Source: a virus
IMG/VR virus record: IMGVR_UViG_3300007735_000802
Strand: one strand, 5' to 3'
DNA length: 64,000 nucleotides
Position numbers and translations under genes: made by a program. Below the pieces are notes generated by a model. It saw nothing but the letters and a program-made list of their open reading frames with translations, was not told the DNA's origin and searched no databases. Below are positions 48,733 to 58,936 of this stretch, in pieces. Positions within the stretch are counted from its first letter, which is position 1. Each line of letters opens with the position of its first letter.

Positions 48733-50211
48733 TCAGGCTGTGTTGCCGTGTAGATTCTTGACAGCAAAGAGACGGTAGTATGCATTTGTGCTTGCTTCTA
48801 GACCATCATCAGTGGATGCTGAGAATGTTGAATCTCTACCACCAGCGAATGGATTGGCGACTAGACCATAACGAGTCTTGAAACCAATCTTTGGCTGGAA
48901 GGTATCTTGTCCAACTGCTCTGACCATTTGTAGTGGAACATATGGGCAGTAGAAGAATCCTGCATCATATGGTGAGGTTCCCTTATAACCAACAGTGACG
49001 AAGTTGACATTGTTGGCAACGAATGGATCGATGTAAACCTTGAACTTATTGTTAAGGACACCAGCAAAGACATTACCAGTATCATCTACTTGCATGTCAA
49101 CATTGAGTGCTGGTGAGAGGTTAAGGAATCCACCCATTGCGAGAGCAGAAGCGACATCTGCGCTGCATACGATGAAGTTACCCTTTCCTCTACGAGTTTC
49201 CTTAGCGATTACATTGGCTTCGCGTTCAATTTGGAACATAAGTCCACGGAAGCGTTCTGCTGACCAACGACCGTCTGAATCTGCGATTAGATCGTATACA
49301 CCACCCTGTGAGGTATCTGTACCATAACCTGTAAGATCATTTTGACGGCAACCTGTCTTAGCAACATAATACATTGCGCGAAGAATTTCGCGATTGATTT
49401 CGTTCATGATTTCAACAGAAAGAATATTTGCCAATTCTGCTTCTGCATCTAGACCGTGAACTGCACGAAGATCTTGTGCCAATTCTGTTGTATATTCTGC
49501 CTTGAGAGCGCGTGATCTTGCTTGTACGGCAACTCTTTCGATGCTGAATGCCATTTCACGGAAATCTGGTCCATTTGTTGTACCAAGTTTTTCAGCAGTA
49601 TTTGTTAACATTCCGCGGAATGATGTAAATGGATCGACGCGAGTTATAAATGTTGCACCAGCACTAGCAAGAACACCACTCAATGATCCTAATGTTGATC
49701 CAGAAAGCAAGTTTGCATATGATAATGTACCACCAGCACCACCAAGAGCAAATGCACCCGATGCACCTGAGAACTTAGCCCATGGTTCATCAAAGAGTGC
49801 TTCTGTTCCTTGAGTATATCCAGTATCTGAAGCGTAGCGTGCTTTCATTGCAAAGATAAGACCTGTTGGTGCAGTCATTGGTTGAACGCCAGCGATATCA
49901 TAGGCGACAACATTAGGCATTGCACGACGAACGAGCGAGATAAGAACTGGATCATAACCAGCAAAGTTTCCTGCTGATCCAACTTGACCAGTGGTAAAAT
50001 TACCAGCCATTCCAAATGTACCAACAGTTGATTCAAAGAGGTTTCCTGCTCTTTCTTCTTGCATTGCCTTTACTTGGTTTTCAAGAAGAACTGCGGTGAC
50101 TCTTGCCTTGTGAGTATCACCAATTGATGGTAAATCTTGGTGATTTAATACGGGCGACCACTTTTCTACTAGATGGTCATATGGTGTTGTGTTTCCGAAA
50201 TCTAATGACAT
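48733..50211 (-). CDS. 23: Major capsid protein (gp23)
   Basis: KWSPVL, DPVLISLVRR, GVQPMTAPTGLIFA, SRALKAEYT.ELAQDL.AVHGLDAE, FQPKIGFKTRYG. Confidence 0.98.
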   Translation of the reverse strand: MSLDFGNTTPYDHLVEKWSPVLNHQDLPSIGDTHKARVTAVLLENQVKAMQEERAGNLFESTVGTFGMAGNFTTGQVGSAGNFAGYDPVLISLVRRAMPNVVAYDIAGVQPMTAPTGLIFAMKARYASDTGYTQGTEALFDEPWAKFSGASGAFALGGAGGTLSYANLLSGSTLGSLSGVLASAGATFITRVDPFTSFRGMLTNTAEKLGTTNGPDFREMAFSIERVAVQARSRALKAEYTTELAQDLRAVHGLDAEAELANILSVEIMNEINREILRAMYYVAKTGCRQNDLTGYGTDTSQGGVYDLIADSDGRWSAERFRGLMFQIEREANVIAKETRRGKGNFIVCSADVASALAMGGFLNLSPALNVDMQVDDTGNVFAGVLNNKFKVYIDPFVANNVNFVTVGYKGTSPYDAGFFYCPYVPLQMVRAVGQDTFQPKIGFKTRYGLVANPFAGGRDSTFSASTDDGLEASTNAYYRLFAVKNLHGNTA

Positions 50212-50253
50212 TTTTCTCTCCTATGTTCTTTTATATTTATTAATTTTATTAAT

Positions 50254-51318
50254 TTAAATAAAATTGTCCTGACTTACGCCTTTGTTAATTAACGATGCTA
50301 AACGAGCAGATGATGGTGAATCAAATGCTTTTGATGGTTTTGGTTGGTTTTTGGTCATAAGAGAAAGAGTATTCATTACGCTTTCCATCATTGGACTTGA
50401 TGCTGTATTGACAGAACCATTTCCTTCTACTTCTTCAGTTAATGGAACTTGAGTTGTGCCAAAGTTTGCTGCAAATTTTGTTGAATTTGATGAACTATTG
50501 AAATATGACTCACGAAGCAATGCTACCTTTTGTGCATATTGTTCTGGTGATTCAAATTCAATACCTTCGCTTAATTTTGCAAGTTTTTCGACTTGAGTGT
50601 CTGTTAAACCTGATGCTTGTTGCATGAAAGCTTCTGCACAAAGATGAGCATTGATTTCATTCTTGAGATCAATATTTTCTTTGATTGCGCTGTTTAAACT
50701 TTCTTGTAGTTCTGAATTTGCTTCATAAATGTCGTCTAGAACATTATATTTTTCTTGTGGAACATCAATGAATGAGGACTCAAATAGATCCTTCAATCCA
50801 TTGATAAAGTTTTCCGCAATTTCAGTACGAAGACCTCTTTCTACAGCAACTTTATTTTGTTCCATCCATTCAGAAATTACATAGTTTAGATAACCATCAA
50901 TATGTTCGATGAGTCCTTCCTGTGACTGTTGTGTAGCTTCCAATACAACTTCTTTTGCTGCTTGGGATTGCTCTTCTATAATTTCTTTTGCTGCTTGAAT
51001 AATATGTGCTTCAAGAATTGAAACTTTTTCATTTATTGCTGCTTCAAAGATGGTTTTTGCCTTAAACTTAAAATCTTCGCTAAGGTTTTCTCCATCAAAA
51101 AGACTAGCAAGATAATCAACTCCCTCTTCCTGAAGTTGATCATCTTCTTGCTCTGGTTGCATTGCTGTTGGTTGTCCGCCCATTGGTCTTAATGATGCCT
51201 GATGTCTCATGGCAAATGTTGGATCTGCAATAGGTGGGTTAATAACTGCACCTTTACCAGTAGCATCTTGGTATAATTGAGGTGACGAGTATTCTGCATA
51301 TGGGTTATTTGCTTGCAT
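50254..51318 (-). CDS. 22: Prohead core scaffold protein (gp22)
   Basis: LSEDFKFKAKTIFEAA, DGYLNYV..EW, F..GLK.LF, LRESYF. Confidence 0.92.
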   Translation of the reverse strand: MQANNPYAEYSSPQLYQDATGKGAVINPPIADPTFAMRHQASLRPMGGQPTAMQPEQEDDQLQEEGVDYLASLFDGENLSEDFKFKAKTIFEAAINEKVSILEAHIIQAAKEIIEEQSQAAKEVVLEATQQSQEGLIEHIDGYLNYVISEWMEQNKVAVERGLRTEIAENFINGLKDLFESSFIDVPQEKYNVLDDIYEANSELQESLNSAIKENIDLKNEINAHLCAEAFMQQASGLTDTQVEKLAKLSEGIEFESPEQYAQKVALLRESYFNSSSNSTKFAANFGTTQVPLTEEVEGNGSVNTASSPMMESVMNTLSLMTKNQPKPSKAFDSPSSARLASLINKGVSQDNFI

Positions 51319-51370
51319 TAAATTTTCTCCATTTTCTCTAAAAAGTATTTAGAATATTTTAAAATTCAAC

Positions 51371-52072
51371 TTATACTATTGTCTCTAATCTTGATAAAAA
51401 TTTACCAACTACAGGACTTAAATTTTTATAATCTTGTGCTGCCTGTGATCTTCTCTGTTGTTTTTTCATTTGTCTGAATTTTGCTAAAACATCAGCAGCA
51501 TAGGCCGGGTTGATTTTTCTGTCCTGTCGTGTAGCTTTCACACGACCTAAAACTTCTTTGGTTCTTGCTCTCTGCATGATATCTGTAGCACCTTTGGCAA
51601 ATTGAGCAATATTTGGATTATCTTTAAATAATTGATTTTGTCTTGTCAACAATGCCTGTCTTTCATTCCATTGTTGTCTTTGCTCTATGTATCTTCTAAC
51701 CAATTGTTGATGTGCTTGCAGTTGTGCTTGTGATGGATTTCTTGGTAATGTTGGTGCAGTTGGTTGAACTTTTGGATATAAGTTCATTACTTTTTGATAA
51801 TATTGTGGAGAAATGCCAAGATTTGATGTAACATGATGTGTTAACATAATATCACGAATTCTTTGAGCATCCTGATATGATCTTTTTTGTGTTGCAGTTT
51901 TTATTTGCTCTATTGCTGCCTTACCTCTTTGAACTAATTCTTGTCCAAGTGCAGATAGTCTTGTTCCAAATCCTTGTCCAAATGCTTCGTGTATATTTTT
52001 AGCAAATATTGGAATTGCTTCTCTTAAAGCAACTCCAACTTCTTCGTATAAATGTGAATCTTGATTAATCAT
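51371..52072 (-). CDS. Hypothetical basic Gln/Arg-rich protein in the head module
   Basis: 233 aa, coupled by overlap to gp21. Confidence 0.65.
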   Translation of the reverse strand: MINQDSHLYEEVGVALREAIPIFAKNIHEAFGQGFGTRLSALGQELVQRGKAAIEQIKTATQKRSYQDAQRIRDIMLTHHVTSNLGISPQYYQKVMNLYPKVQPTAPTLPRNPSQAQLQAHQQLVRRYIEQRQQWNERQALLTRQNQLFKDNPNIAQFAKGATDIMQRARTKEVLGRVKATRQDRKINPAYAADVLAKFRQMKKQQRRSQAAQDYKNLSPVVGKFLSRLETIV

Positions 52073-52713
52073 ATTCTTCTCAGGAAATCTGCAAATAATT
52101 TAATAGCATTTTCTTCAAGTTTTCTTTTTGAAGTTCTTTTTAATTGTTTATGATATTTTGCAATTTCTTTTTCAACCAAAAGACCATTATCCCAGATCCA
52201 TTCTTTTCCTTCTAAAATTCCATCAACAAATGCATTTGGAGCAGATGGATCTGCAACAATATCAATTGCTGCTAAGGTAAAATCTTCTTGTACGACATTT
52301 ACTCCATTTTGACTTTTAAGAGAACCCATACCTCTGGAGGAAACACCTAATTGAGCACCTTCATCTATAAGATTTTTTACAATCTTACCCATTGGAGTAT
52401 CCATTATTTTGGCTTTACCAATTATTTGTTTTCCATTTTCTTGTAAATTTGTGATCATATGAGATACACGATCCAAATTAACAGTTGGTCCAGATGGATG
52501 ATTTAGTTCTCCGAGTGCTCTCTTTTTATTCACATATTCTACAACATATCTTCTGGTTTCTTTTATAAGGGTTGATTCGTTGTATAATCTTTTATTTCGA
52601 TTAACAACTCCCGCTTCCATCATTATACCTTTAATGAAGTAGTTTTTCCCACCAGCCTCATTTGATTCAACGATGGTTTGTATATTTTCTGTTGTTTCTG
52701 TAATAAGTTTCAT
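52069..52713 (-). CDS. 21: Prohead protease (gp21)
   Basis: MKLITE, NRNKRLY, ALGELNHP, GVSSRGMGSL, DIVADPSAP. Confidence 0.97.
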   Translation of the reverse strand: MKLITETTENIQTIVESNEAGGKNYFIKGIMMEAGVVNRNKRLYNESTLIKETRRYVVEYVNKKRALGELNHPSGPTVNLDRVSHMITNLQENGKQIIGKAKIMDTPMGKIVKNLIDEGAQLGVSSRGMGSLKSQNGVNVVQEDFTLAAIDIVADPSAPNAFVDGILEGKEWIWDNGLLVEKEIAKYHKQLKRTSKRKLEENAIKLFADFLRRI

Positions 52714-52732
52714 GGTGGATCCTTCAAGTTAT

Positions 52733-53245
52733 TCAATATTCAACACCGGATTGTCTTATGTTTGGTGCTTGATTTCCTGCATCCAATTCGTCTTCATCTT
52801 CTTCATTCTCTATTTCACCTTCTGTATCTTCATGTTCTTCAGCATCCATGGTTGCATTTTCTTCCATCATGGAAAGATATTCGTTTGCAAGTTCGATAAT
52901 TTCGTTTTCGGAAAGTTCTTCTCCCAACTCTTCTTGAACTTCTTCGATGAGAGATAATAGTTCAGTTTCAAAGTTTTCCAAAATAGCGTCCATTTCTGGA
53001 TCTGTTGATTCTTTACGAAGAAGTTTAAAATCTTCTGCGTCAATTTTATCATTATTATTTTTATCGATGTGCTTCTTTTGCTTTGATGTAAGCTTTCCTT
53101 CATTAAATACAGTTGGAGCAAAATCTGTTAATTTTTCTTCAAGAGCATCACCTAGTTTAGAAAGTAAAGACTCGTTGATTAACTTATTTGCTGTGTGATA
53201 ATCTTCACTGATAATTGCTTTTAAAAGATCGTTGTTTCTTGACAT
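52733..53245 (-). CDS. Prohead core protein (gp67/gp68-like) with EF-hand-like loop
   Basis: Between portal and protease; acidic; DKNNNDKIDAEDF. Confidence 0.65.
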   Translation of the reverse strand: MSRNNDLLKAIISEDYHTANKLINESLLSKLGDALEEKLTDFAPTVFNEGKLTSKQKKHIDKNNNDKIDAEDFKLLRKESTDPEMDAILENFETELLSLIEEVQEELGEELSENEIIELANEYLSMMEENATMDAEEHEDTEGEIENEEDEDELDAGNQAPNIRQSGVEY

Positions 53246-53262
53246 TTTTATTCTCCTAAAAA

Positions 53263-53270
53263 TATTTATA
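53263..53270 (-). promoter_or_regulatory. T4-type late promoter TATAAATA
   Basis: Exact consensus before the AGGAG SD of 53245. Confidence 0.7.
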
Positions 53271-53274
53271 ATAT

Positions 53275-54861
53275 TTATTGTTGCTGTTGTTGGTCGTCTG
53301 CTAAACCAAGTTGCTGCATCTGTAATTGCTGTTGAATTAATTTTTGTCTATCTTGTTCAATTTCTTCATCCATTTTTGCAATTTCAGCATCGGTTTGCTT
53401 CAAAATATTCTTTCTTACATACTTGGTTGAGAAATATAAACCATTGTATTGACCAATAGTATTCAACATGTTTATTCTTTCTGCCAATATTTCATTTTCC
53501 TTAAGATCATTAAAATATGCATCTTTTGAAAAGTTTATTACAATATCTTGATGAATATTAGACCAATCTTCTGGGGTCATAATACCCTTCAATAAGCATT
53601 GTTTCTTTAAAATATCAAGGAATAAAAATGCAAATTTTCTTTGTTGTCTTTCTATGAACTTATAGAATTTCACTTCATCTCTAGTAATTTCGCTGCTTCT
53701 TCCAAGATTAAACCCTGTCTGAACTTCCATTCGAGTAAGAGGAACATTCAATGCTCGGTATAATTTCTTAAGAAGATATTCGATATCTTCCAGTTGACCA
53801 AGATTTTGACCACCTGGAAGTGTAGTGATTTCTGTTCCCTTTCCACCTTCTCTTCGTGGTAACCAATAATCTTCTAGAACAGACATGAAGTTTCTTTGGT
53901 CTTGAATTTGTCCAGAGGCAGAATCGTAAGTTAATTTATTACGATATCGATTCATCAAATCTTTTATATATTGCTCTGCCTTTTGCTTTGGAAGATTTCC
54001 AACATCAACATAAAATACTCGTCTCTCTGGTGCTCTTGCAAGACGATAAACCACTAAGGCATCCTCACTCTGTCTGAGCATGTTTAGTGGTCTGATTGCC
54101 TTGTATAAATTACCAACAACCTTTCTGGTTGTCTGATCAATAAGACCAGAGTGACAATATGTGATTGAATCAACAGATATTTTTACACCCGGAGTATTTA
54201 CTGATGGTGTAATTGCACTTGCATTGTTAATTTCATAATCTGAATATATGTAAAATTCTTCAACAGATTTAACCAATGGAACTGTAGTGTTGTTGACTTT
54301 TTTGATTTGTTTCTGAACTCTTCTTACTTTTCTAATTTTAATTGGATCAATTGCTCTGAGTTCAAGAATTCCTTTTTCTGGATGTTCAGTATCAATTATA
54401 TTTTGAAAATATAGTCTTCCATCAACATACCATCTTCTGAATATATCATAACCTTTATTGTTATAATCTAATAATTTTACAACTTTATCAAATTCTTGTT
54501 GAACTTTAGATTTAATATTATCAGATAAATCTGTATTATCTAAGGATATTTTTACAGATGTTCCACTTGTGTCAAATGTTATCGCCTGTGTGACAATATC
54601 ATCAATTGCCATATCTACTTCTGGATAAAGTGCCATCGATCTATATTGTTTGATCAAAGCATTTTCATCTACGAAGTAACCATTAAAGTCATAAACAGAA
54701 GACATGAAGCCTCCTGTTTCGACAATTTGAGTTCCATCAAATGTATCTGGTGCAATAAATGAAGCGTTAGATGGACTGTCTCCGCTCAAACCTCCGAGCG
54801 AAACATCTAGCGTTTCATTGTTTTTATTAAAAGAAAAACCAAAAAGATCAAATAACTTCAT
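53275..54861 (-). CDS. 20: Portal protein (gp20)
   Basis: PEVDMAIDDI, FRRWYVDGR, YRLARAPERRVFYVDVGNLP, EDYWLPRREGGKGTEI. Confidence 0.98.
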   Translation of the reverse strand: MKLFDLFGFSFNKNNETLDVSLGGLSGDSPSNASFIAPDTFDGTQIVETGGFMSSVYDFNGYFVDENALIKQYRSMALYPEVDMAIDDIVTQAITFDTSGTSVKISLDNTDLSDNIKSKVQQEFDKVVKLLDYNNKGYDIFRRWYVDGRLYFQNIIDTEHPEKGILELRAIDPIKIRKVRRVQKQIKKVNNTTVPLVKSVEEFYIYSDYEINNASAITPSVNTPGVKISVDSITYCHSGLIDQTTRKVVGNLYKAIRPLNMLRQSEDALVVYRLARAPERRVFYVDVGNLPKQKAEQYIKDLMNRYRNKLTYDSASGQIQDQRNFMSVLEDYWLPRREGGKGTEITTLPGGQNLGQLEDIEYLLKKLYRALNVPLTRMEVQTGFNLGRSSEITRDEVKFYKFIERQQRKFAFLFLDILKKQCLLKGIMTPEDWSNIHQDIVINFSKDAYFNDLKENEILAERINMLNTIGQYNGLYFSTKYVRKNILKQTDAEIAKMDEEIEQDRQKLIQQQLQMQQLGLADDQQQQQ

Positions 54862-54872
54862 TCATTTATTCC

Positions 54873-55424
54873 TTATCCATCATATGGTTCCCAATAATCA
54901 TAAGCAATCTGAACAGTAAATTCAGAGAATGAATCCTGAAGGTCATAGTTCAGTGTTATTGCGCCGATATCTACTGGAAAACAATTCTTTAATTTAATTG
55001 CCTTTGTAAAGTTTTCTGGTTGTTGTGTTTCTGTTGGTGTTGAAGATGTACCTGGAATTAAATCACTATAACGAATAACCCAGTCTGTAACTAGATTATA
55101 ATTAATTTGATTGGTATTTCTACCACCCATTGCTTCAATCCAACGCTCAAATCCAGATCTCAAATCCTTTGATGGAGTATTTGAATCATAAACGCTGATA
55201 GCCCAATCACCATATTGGCGTTCTCCAGCAAATTTCACTATTCTTCCTTGCCATGCAATTGGAATTGCTCCAATAGAAGAACCTGGTAAGTCCGCTGCCT
55301 TTACATAGATATAAATGTCACTTAAATTTGGAGATTCAACGCCATCAGGCCATTGACCTTCGACCAAAAATCTATTAGGTCTTACTCCAAAGAAATTATT
55401 TCTAAATTCGTTTAATGTTGCCAT
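54873..55424 (-). CDS. 19: Tail tube protein (gp19)
   Basis: RPNRF, KAADLPGS, GR.VKFAGER, F.V...YDYW. Confidence 0.93.
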   Translation of the reverse strand: MATLNEFRNNFFGVRPNRFLVEGQWPDGVESPNLSDIYIYVKAADLPGSSIGAIPIAWQGRIVKFAGERQYGDWAISVYDSNTPSKDLRSGFERWIEAMGGRNTNQINYNLVTDWVIRYSDLIPGTSSTPTETQQPENFTKAIKLKNCFPVDIGAITLNYDLQDSFSEFTVQIAYDYWEPYDG

Positions 55425-55447
55425 TTATAACCTCTTTTCTTTATGTA

Positions 55448-56665
55448 TCAAAGTTCCGAAGATAGATCTTTGTTGGTTAGAGTAATTGTTACATAATTAA
55501 TAGATGTTATTGGTTTGATTAATATATCGGCAACAAAGTAATTTGCTTCTACTACTTCTGGCGTATTATTTGATGTATCGCAGACTACTCTATATTCTGA
55601 AATACCTCTTTGTGCTACTATGCGATCTAAGAATCCTTCTGCTGCAATCTTGAATCGTGAGCGAGTTATTGCATCATTTTGTTCAAACAATATTGATCTT
55701 GCAACTGGTCCGAGCGATCTCTTGATATACATGAATAGTCTAGAAACATTAATTCTAGAAAGAGTTGATGTAGCTGGTTCTCCAGTTTTATCACCATATA
55801 GGTAAGTACCTTCGCCAGCAAATGTTACAACAGGATTAATTTTTGCATCATACAATGAGTCTTGTTCAGCAGTTGTGAGATTTTTGCTAAGACGAATTAC
55901 ATTTAGAATTCTTCCCTTCTTAGTTCCTGCTGGAGAGAACCAGGGATAGAAGTCTCTATCTGTACGAGCAATACATCCTGCCAAGTCTGCTGCAAGAGGA
56001 GTTGTTACTGTGTTTAGACCAGTTACATCAAAATGAACTTTTGATCCATATACTACAGCATAATTTTTATCGGTTGCTGTTGTAAAATTAGCTATATCGT
56101 TAGAAACAGATGTTGCTCCAATTGGAACATACATTATTCCAAGTGCTGGTTTTTCTGTACTTGCTTTTGTATCAACAATTGTTTGAAGTGGTGTAATATA
56201 TGATGAATTGCCAGAACCACCCTGGAAAATAACTTGAAAATCAATATCTGCAAATCCTGCGGGTGGTGTTGTTCCATTTGCAAATGCAACATAACAACCA
56301 CCACCATATTGTAAGAAGTTATTTACTGGATACCATTCATTTCTAAATGTTGCACCAGATACCCCAGTTCCTGTATATGTTCCATCTAAATATGATGCAG
56401 CACATGAACCTACACTATATCCCGTTTGTCCTTGTACAAATGTAACTCCTCCAGCATTTAGATAAACTAAATCTGTTAGTCTATTGTACCATTCTGATGA
56501 GTTCTGAACATAAAAATATCCCTGTGCTTGTTCTGCCGTATCACCCATTCTTTTAAGAGCAGTCGTAATATTGCAAACAGCACCAACTGTAGATGAAAAT
56601 TGTTCTGTTACGGGAACAACCAATGATTCATCTAAAATTCTAAATTGAACATTTGGTCTAGCCAT
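55448..56665 (-). CDS. 18: Tail sheath protein (gp18), short form
   Basis: PWFSPAG, INPV, LYGDKT, RINVSRLF, FEQND, CD.SNNTP, IKP..SINY. Confidence 0.92.
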   Translation of the reverse strand: MARPNVQFRILDESLVVPVTEQFSSTVGAVCNITTALKRMGDTAEQAQGYFYVQNSSEWYNRLTDLVYLNAGGVTFVQGQTGYSVGSCAASYLDGTYTGTGVSGATFRNEWYPVNNFLQYGGGCYVAFANGTTPPAGFADIDFQVIFQGGSGNSSYITPLQTIVDTKASTEKPALGIMYVPIGATSVSNDIANFTTATDKNYAVVYGSKVHFDVTGLNTVTTPLAADLAGCIARTDRDFYPWFSPAGTKKGRILNVIRLSKNLTTAEQDSLYDAKINPVVTFAGEGTYLYGDKTGEPATSTLSRINVSRLFMYIKRSLGPVARSILFEQNDAITRSRFKIAAEGFLDRIVAQRGISEYRVVCDTSNNTPEVVEANYFVADILIKPITSINYVTITLTNKDLSSEL

Positions 56666-56750
56666 GCTTCTCTCCTTAAATAAATTTCCTATTTATATGT
56701 AGTTAAAATGGAATTTTGTATAGATTGTGACCGTTTTGTTTTGATTTTTG

Positions 56751-58466
56751 TCAAAACCATGGCATTTTTAGATCTTTTTTGTCGATAATCAACCATCTGT
56801 CATCTTCTTCGCTCCATTTCGAATCCTCTAAAATATCATCAACATCAAGGGATCCATCCAAATAATATCCAAATGGCAACATATCATCTTCTATTTTTTC
56901 AATGTCTTGTTGATACATTGCTAATCGAACATCCATATCAGTTAGACTCTTAAAATATGGTTGCCTTGTACACCATGCAAATAAAACCAAACACATGACA
57001 AGATCATCATTATGACCATCTTCTGCTTCAAAACTTTGCTTTTTGGAAATAAATGTTGTAAACTCTGAGATCACATCAGCGTCTTCTACAATTAGTTTAT
57101 CTTCCTCAATCATATTTTTGAGGACTTGACAACCAACCTTTTTTGTAAGAACCGATGTTTTAACTCCTAATTGAACTTTTTTGACAGGTCCAAATCCCTC
57201 GGTCATGACCTGACCTTTTCTACCCATCATTGTCGTTTTCACTATATTTTCATATTCCAGATCTGTATGAAGTATATTTGCAACTTCTATTCCTATACTG
57301 TTCACTTCTACCAGTACATGGGCATTGTTGTATTTTCTAGCAACTGTTTTGAGAACAGAGGCAAACAATAAAGGAGAGACTGTGTTATTTCTGTATGTTG
57401 CAACTACTTTATAAGGAAACTCAGTAACATCCACTACTGCCATTGCTGTATAGTCTTTTCCCTGTCCTTCAGCAACATCGGCGGTTATAAAATATAAATG
57501 ATCTTGACTTTTTTCATTATCTGGATCTTTTCTAACAGGTTCCTGATAAATGTTCATTCCATCTTTTGTTCTGAGTATTGGTTTTGTATAAACCAATGTG
57601 TGTAACTTTGCAGATGATATTAAAGTATTTGAACTTCCCAAAAAGTCACACTCGAACTCCTGCTCGAATTGCTTTTCTGAAGTTTTAGAAATCATGTCTT
57701 GTTTCCACTTGTCATCACGCAAGGGTCCACCTGGATATTTTGGAACTTGACTCCAGTGAACTTCAAAAGGAACATATCCATTTTGTTTGTTGATTGCACC
57801 CTTCCAATAGTAATAGAACATGTTCAAACCATTGGGGGTTGATATGATAAACATTTTGGTAGACTGACCAGATGTAATTGTTGGATATACAGAGGTAAAG
57901 AACTCTTCCGCAATTTGCGTAGGAATGTGAGCAAATTCGTCTAGGAGAATGCAGTTGAAAGAACCACCACGAATAGCAGAAGAAGATGTTGCCGCTGCTA
58001 AAATTCTAGACCCATTCTCAAGAACAATGGATCCCTTGTTCCATTCAATAACACCTTGCTGTAACCACTTAGGCAAATATTCATATGCCATTTTAATTCT
58101 TCCTAAAATTTCAATGGCAGTGGATTGTTTGTTTGCAAGAATAGCAACATTCATATTTTGATTAAACAAAACATAATGTAGTAAATATGCACCTACGGTT
58201 GTGGTTTTACCAACCTGACGAGGAAGTTTACCTATAACAAATCGATTGCTGTGTAAATTTTGAATTAGTTCTTTTTGAAAATCATACATTTCAAAGGAAA
58301 CAAGACCCTTATCAACAGCAACAATTTTTACATATTTTTCAACAAAATAGATTGGATCATTTGCACATTTTACATATTCTTGAACTTGTTCTTGAGTAAA
58401 TTGTTGCTGTACACCTACTGGTTTTAGATTTGGGTTTCCAAGATATCCATCTTTTTTAGCTGTCAT
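56751..58466 (-). CDS. 17: Terminase large subunit (gp17)
   Basis: YLGNPNLK, PRQVGKTT, LLDEFA, STPNG, FEQEFEC, DVAEG, HNDDLVM. Confidence 0.97.
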   Translation of the reverse strand: MTAKKDGYLGNPNLKPVGVQQQFTQEQVQEYVKCANDPIYFVEKYVKIVAVDKGLVSFEMYDFQKELIQNLHSNRFVIGKLPRQVGKTTTVGAYLLHYVLFNQNMNVAILANKQSTAIEILGRIKMAYEYLPKWLQQGVIEWNKGSIVLENGSRILAAATSSSAIRGGSFNCILLDEFAHIPTQIAEEFFTSVYPTITSGQSTKMFIISTPNGLNMFYYYWKGAINKQNGYVPFEVHWSQVPKYPGGPLRDDKWKQDMISKTSEKQFEQEFECDFLGSSNTLISSAKLHTLVYTKPILRTKDGMNIYQEPVRKDPDNEKSQDHLYFITADVAEGQGKDYTAMAVVDVTEFPYKVVATYRNNTVSPLLFASVLKTVARKYNNAHVLVEVNSIGIEVANILHTDLEYENIVKTTMMGRKGQVMTEGFGPVKKVQLGVKTSVLTKKVGCQVLKNMIEEDKLIVEDADVISEFTTFISKKQSFEAEDGHNDDLVMCLVLFAWCTRQPYFKSLTDMDVRLAMYQQDIEKIEDDMLPFGYYLDGSLDVDDILEDSKWSEEDDRWLIIDKKDLKMPWF

Positions 58467-58926
58467 TTTCCACTTCTTCCGTAGGTATGGCTTTTAATTG
58501 ACTACGAGTTTGATTTATAATATTTTGAAGATCCCGAGTAGAACCAACAAATATAGAATTATTTGTTGTATTCTTTACTACTTTATTTGTTCCTAGAGCA
58601 TCTGCTGTTGTTTTATGCATTTCCATAAGATCAGAATTTATTTCACTTACTGTCTTAATAAGAATAGAAGCAACTTCATATGCTCTTGGCGAATCTCCCG
58701 CTTCTGCAACTTTCATGATGCCATCAATTGCTTCAAACCCAAGACCAATTAGATCTTTCATATTTTTTCTGGCAGAATCAAAATCTTGTCTGACTTGATC
58801 TTTTCTTTTTATTTTTGCTTTTTTTGCAAAATCATTAACTACTTCAATTTCTTTAATTTCAGACTTTGTTATTTCAATGTCTAATATTTCAGAAAGTTTT
58901 TCTTCGGATGTGTTTTTGTCATTCAT
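58456..58926 (-). CDS. 16: Terminase small subunit (gp16)
   Basis: PRAYEV, NNSIFVGST.DL. Confidence 0.92.
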   Translation of the reverse strand: MNDKNTSEEKLSEILDIEITKSEIKEIEVVNDFAKKAKIKRKDQVRQDFDSARKNMKDLIGLGFEAIDGIMKVAEAGDSPRAYEVASILIKTVSEINSDLMEMHKTTADALGTNKVVKNTTNNSIFVGSTRDLQNIINQTRSQLKAIPTEEVENDS

Positions 58927-58936
58927 TGTACACCTT

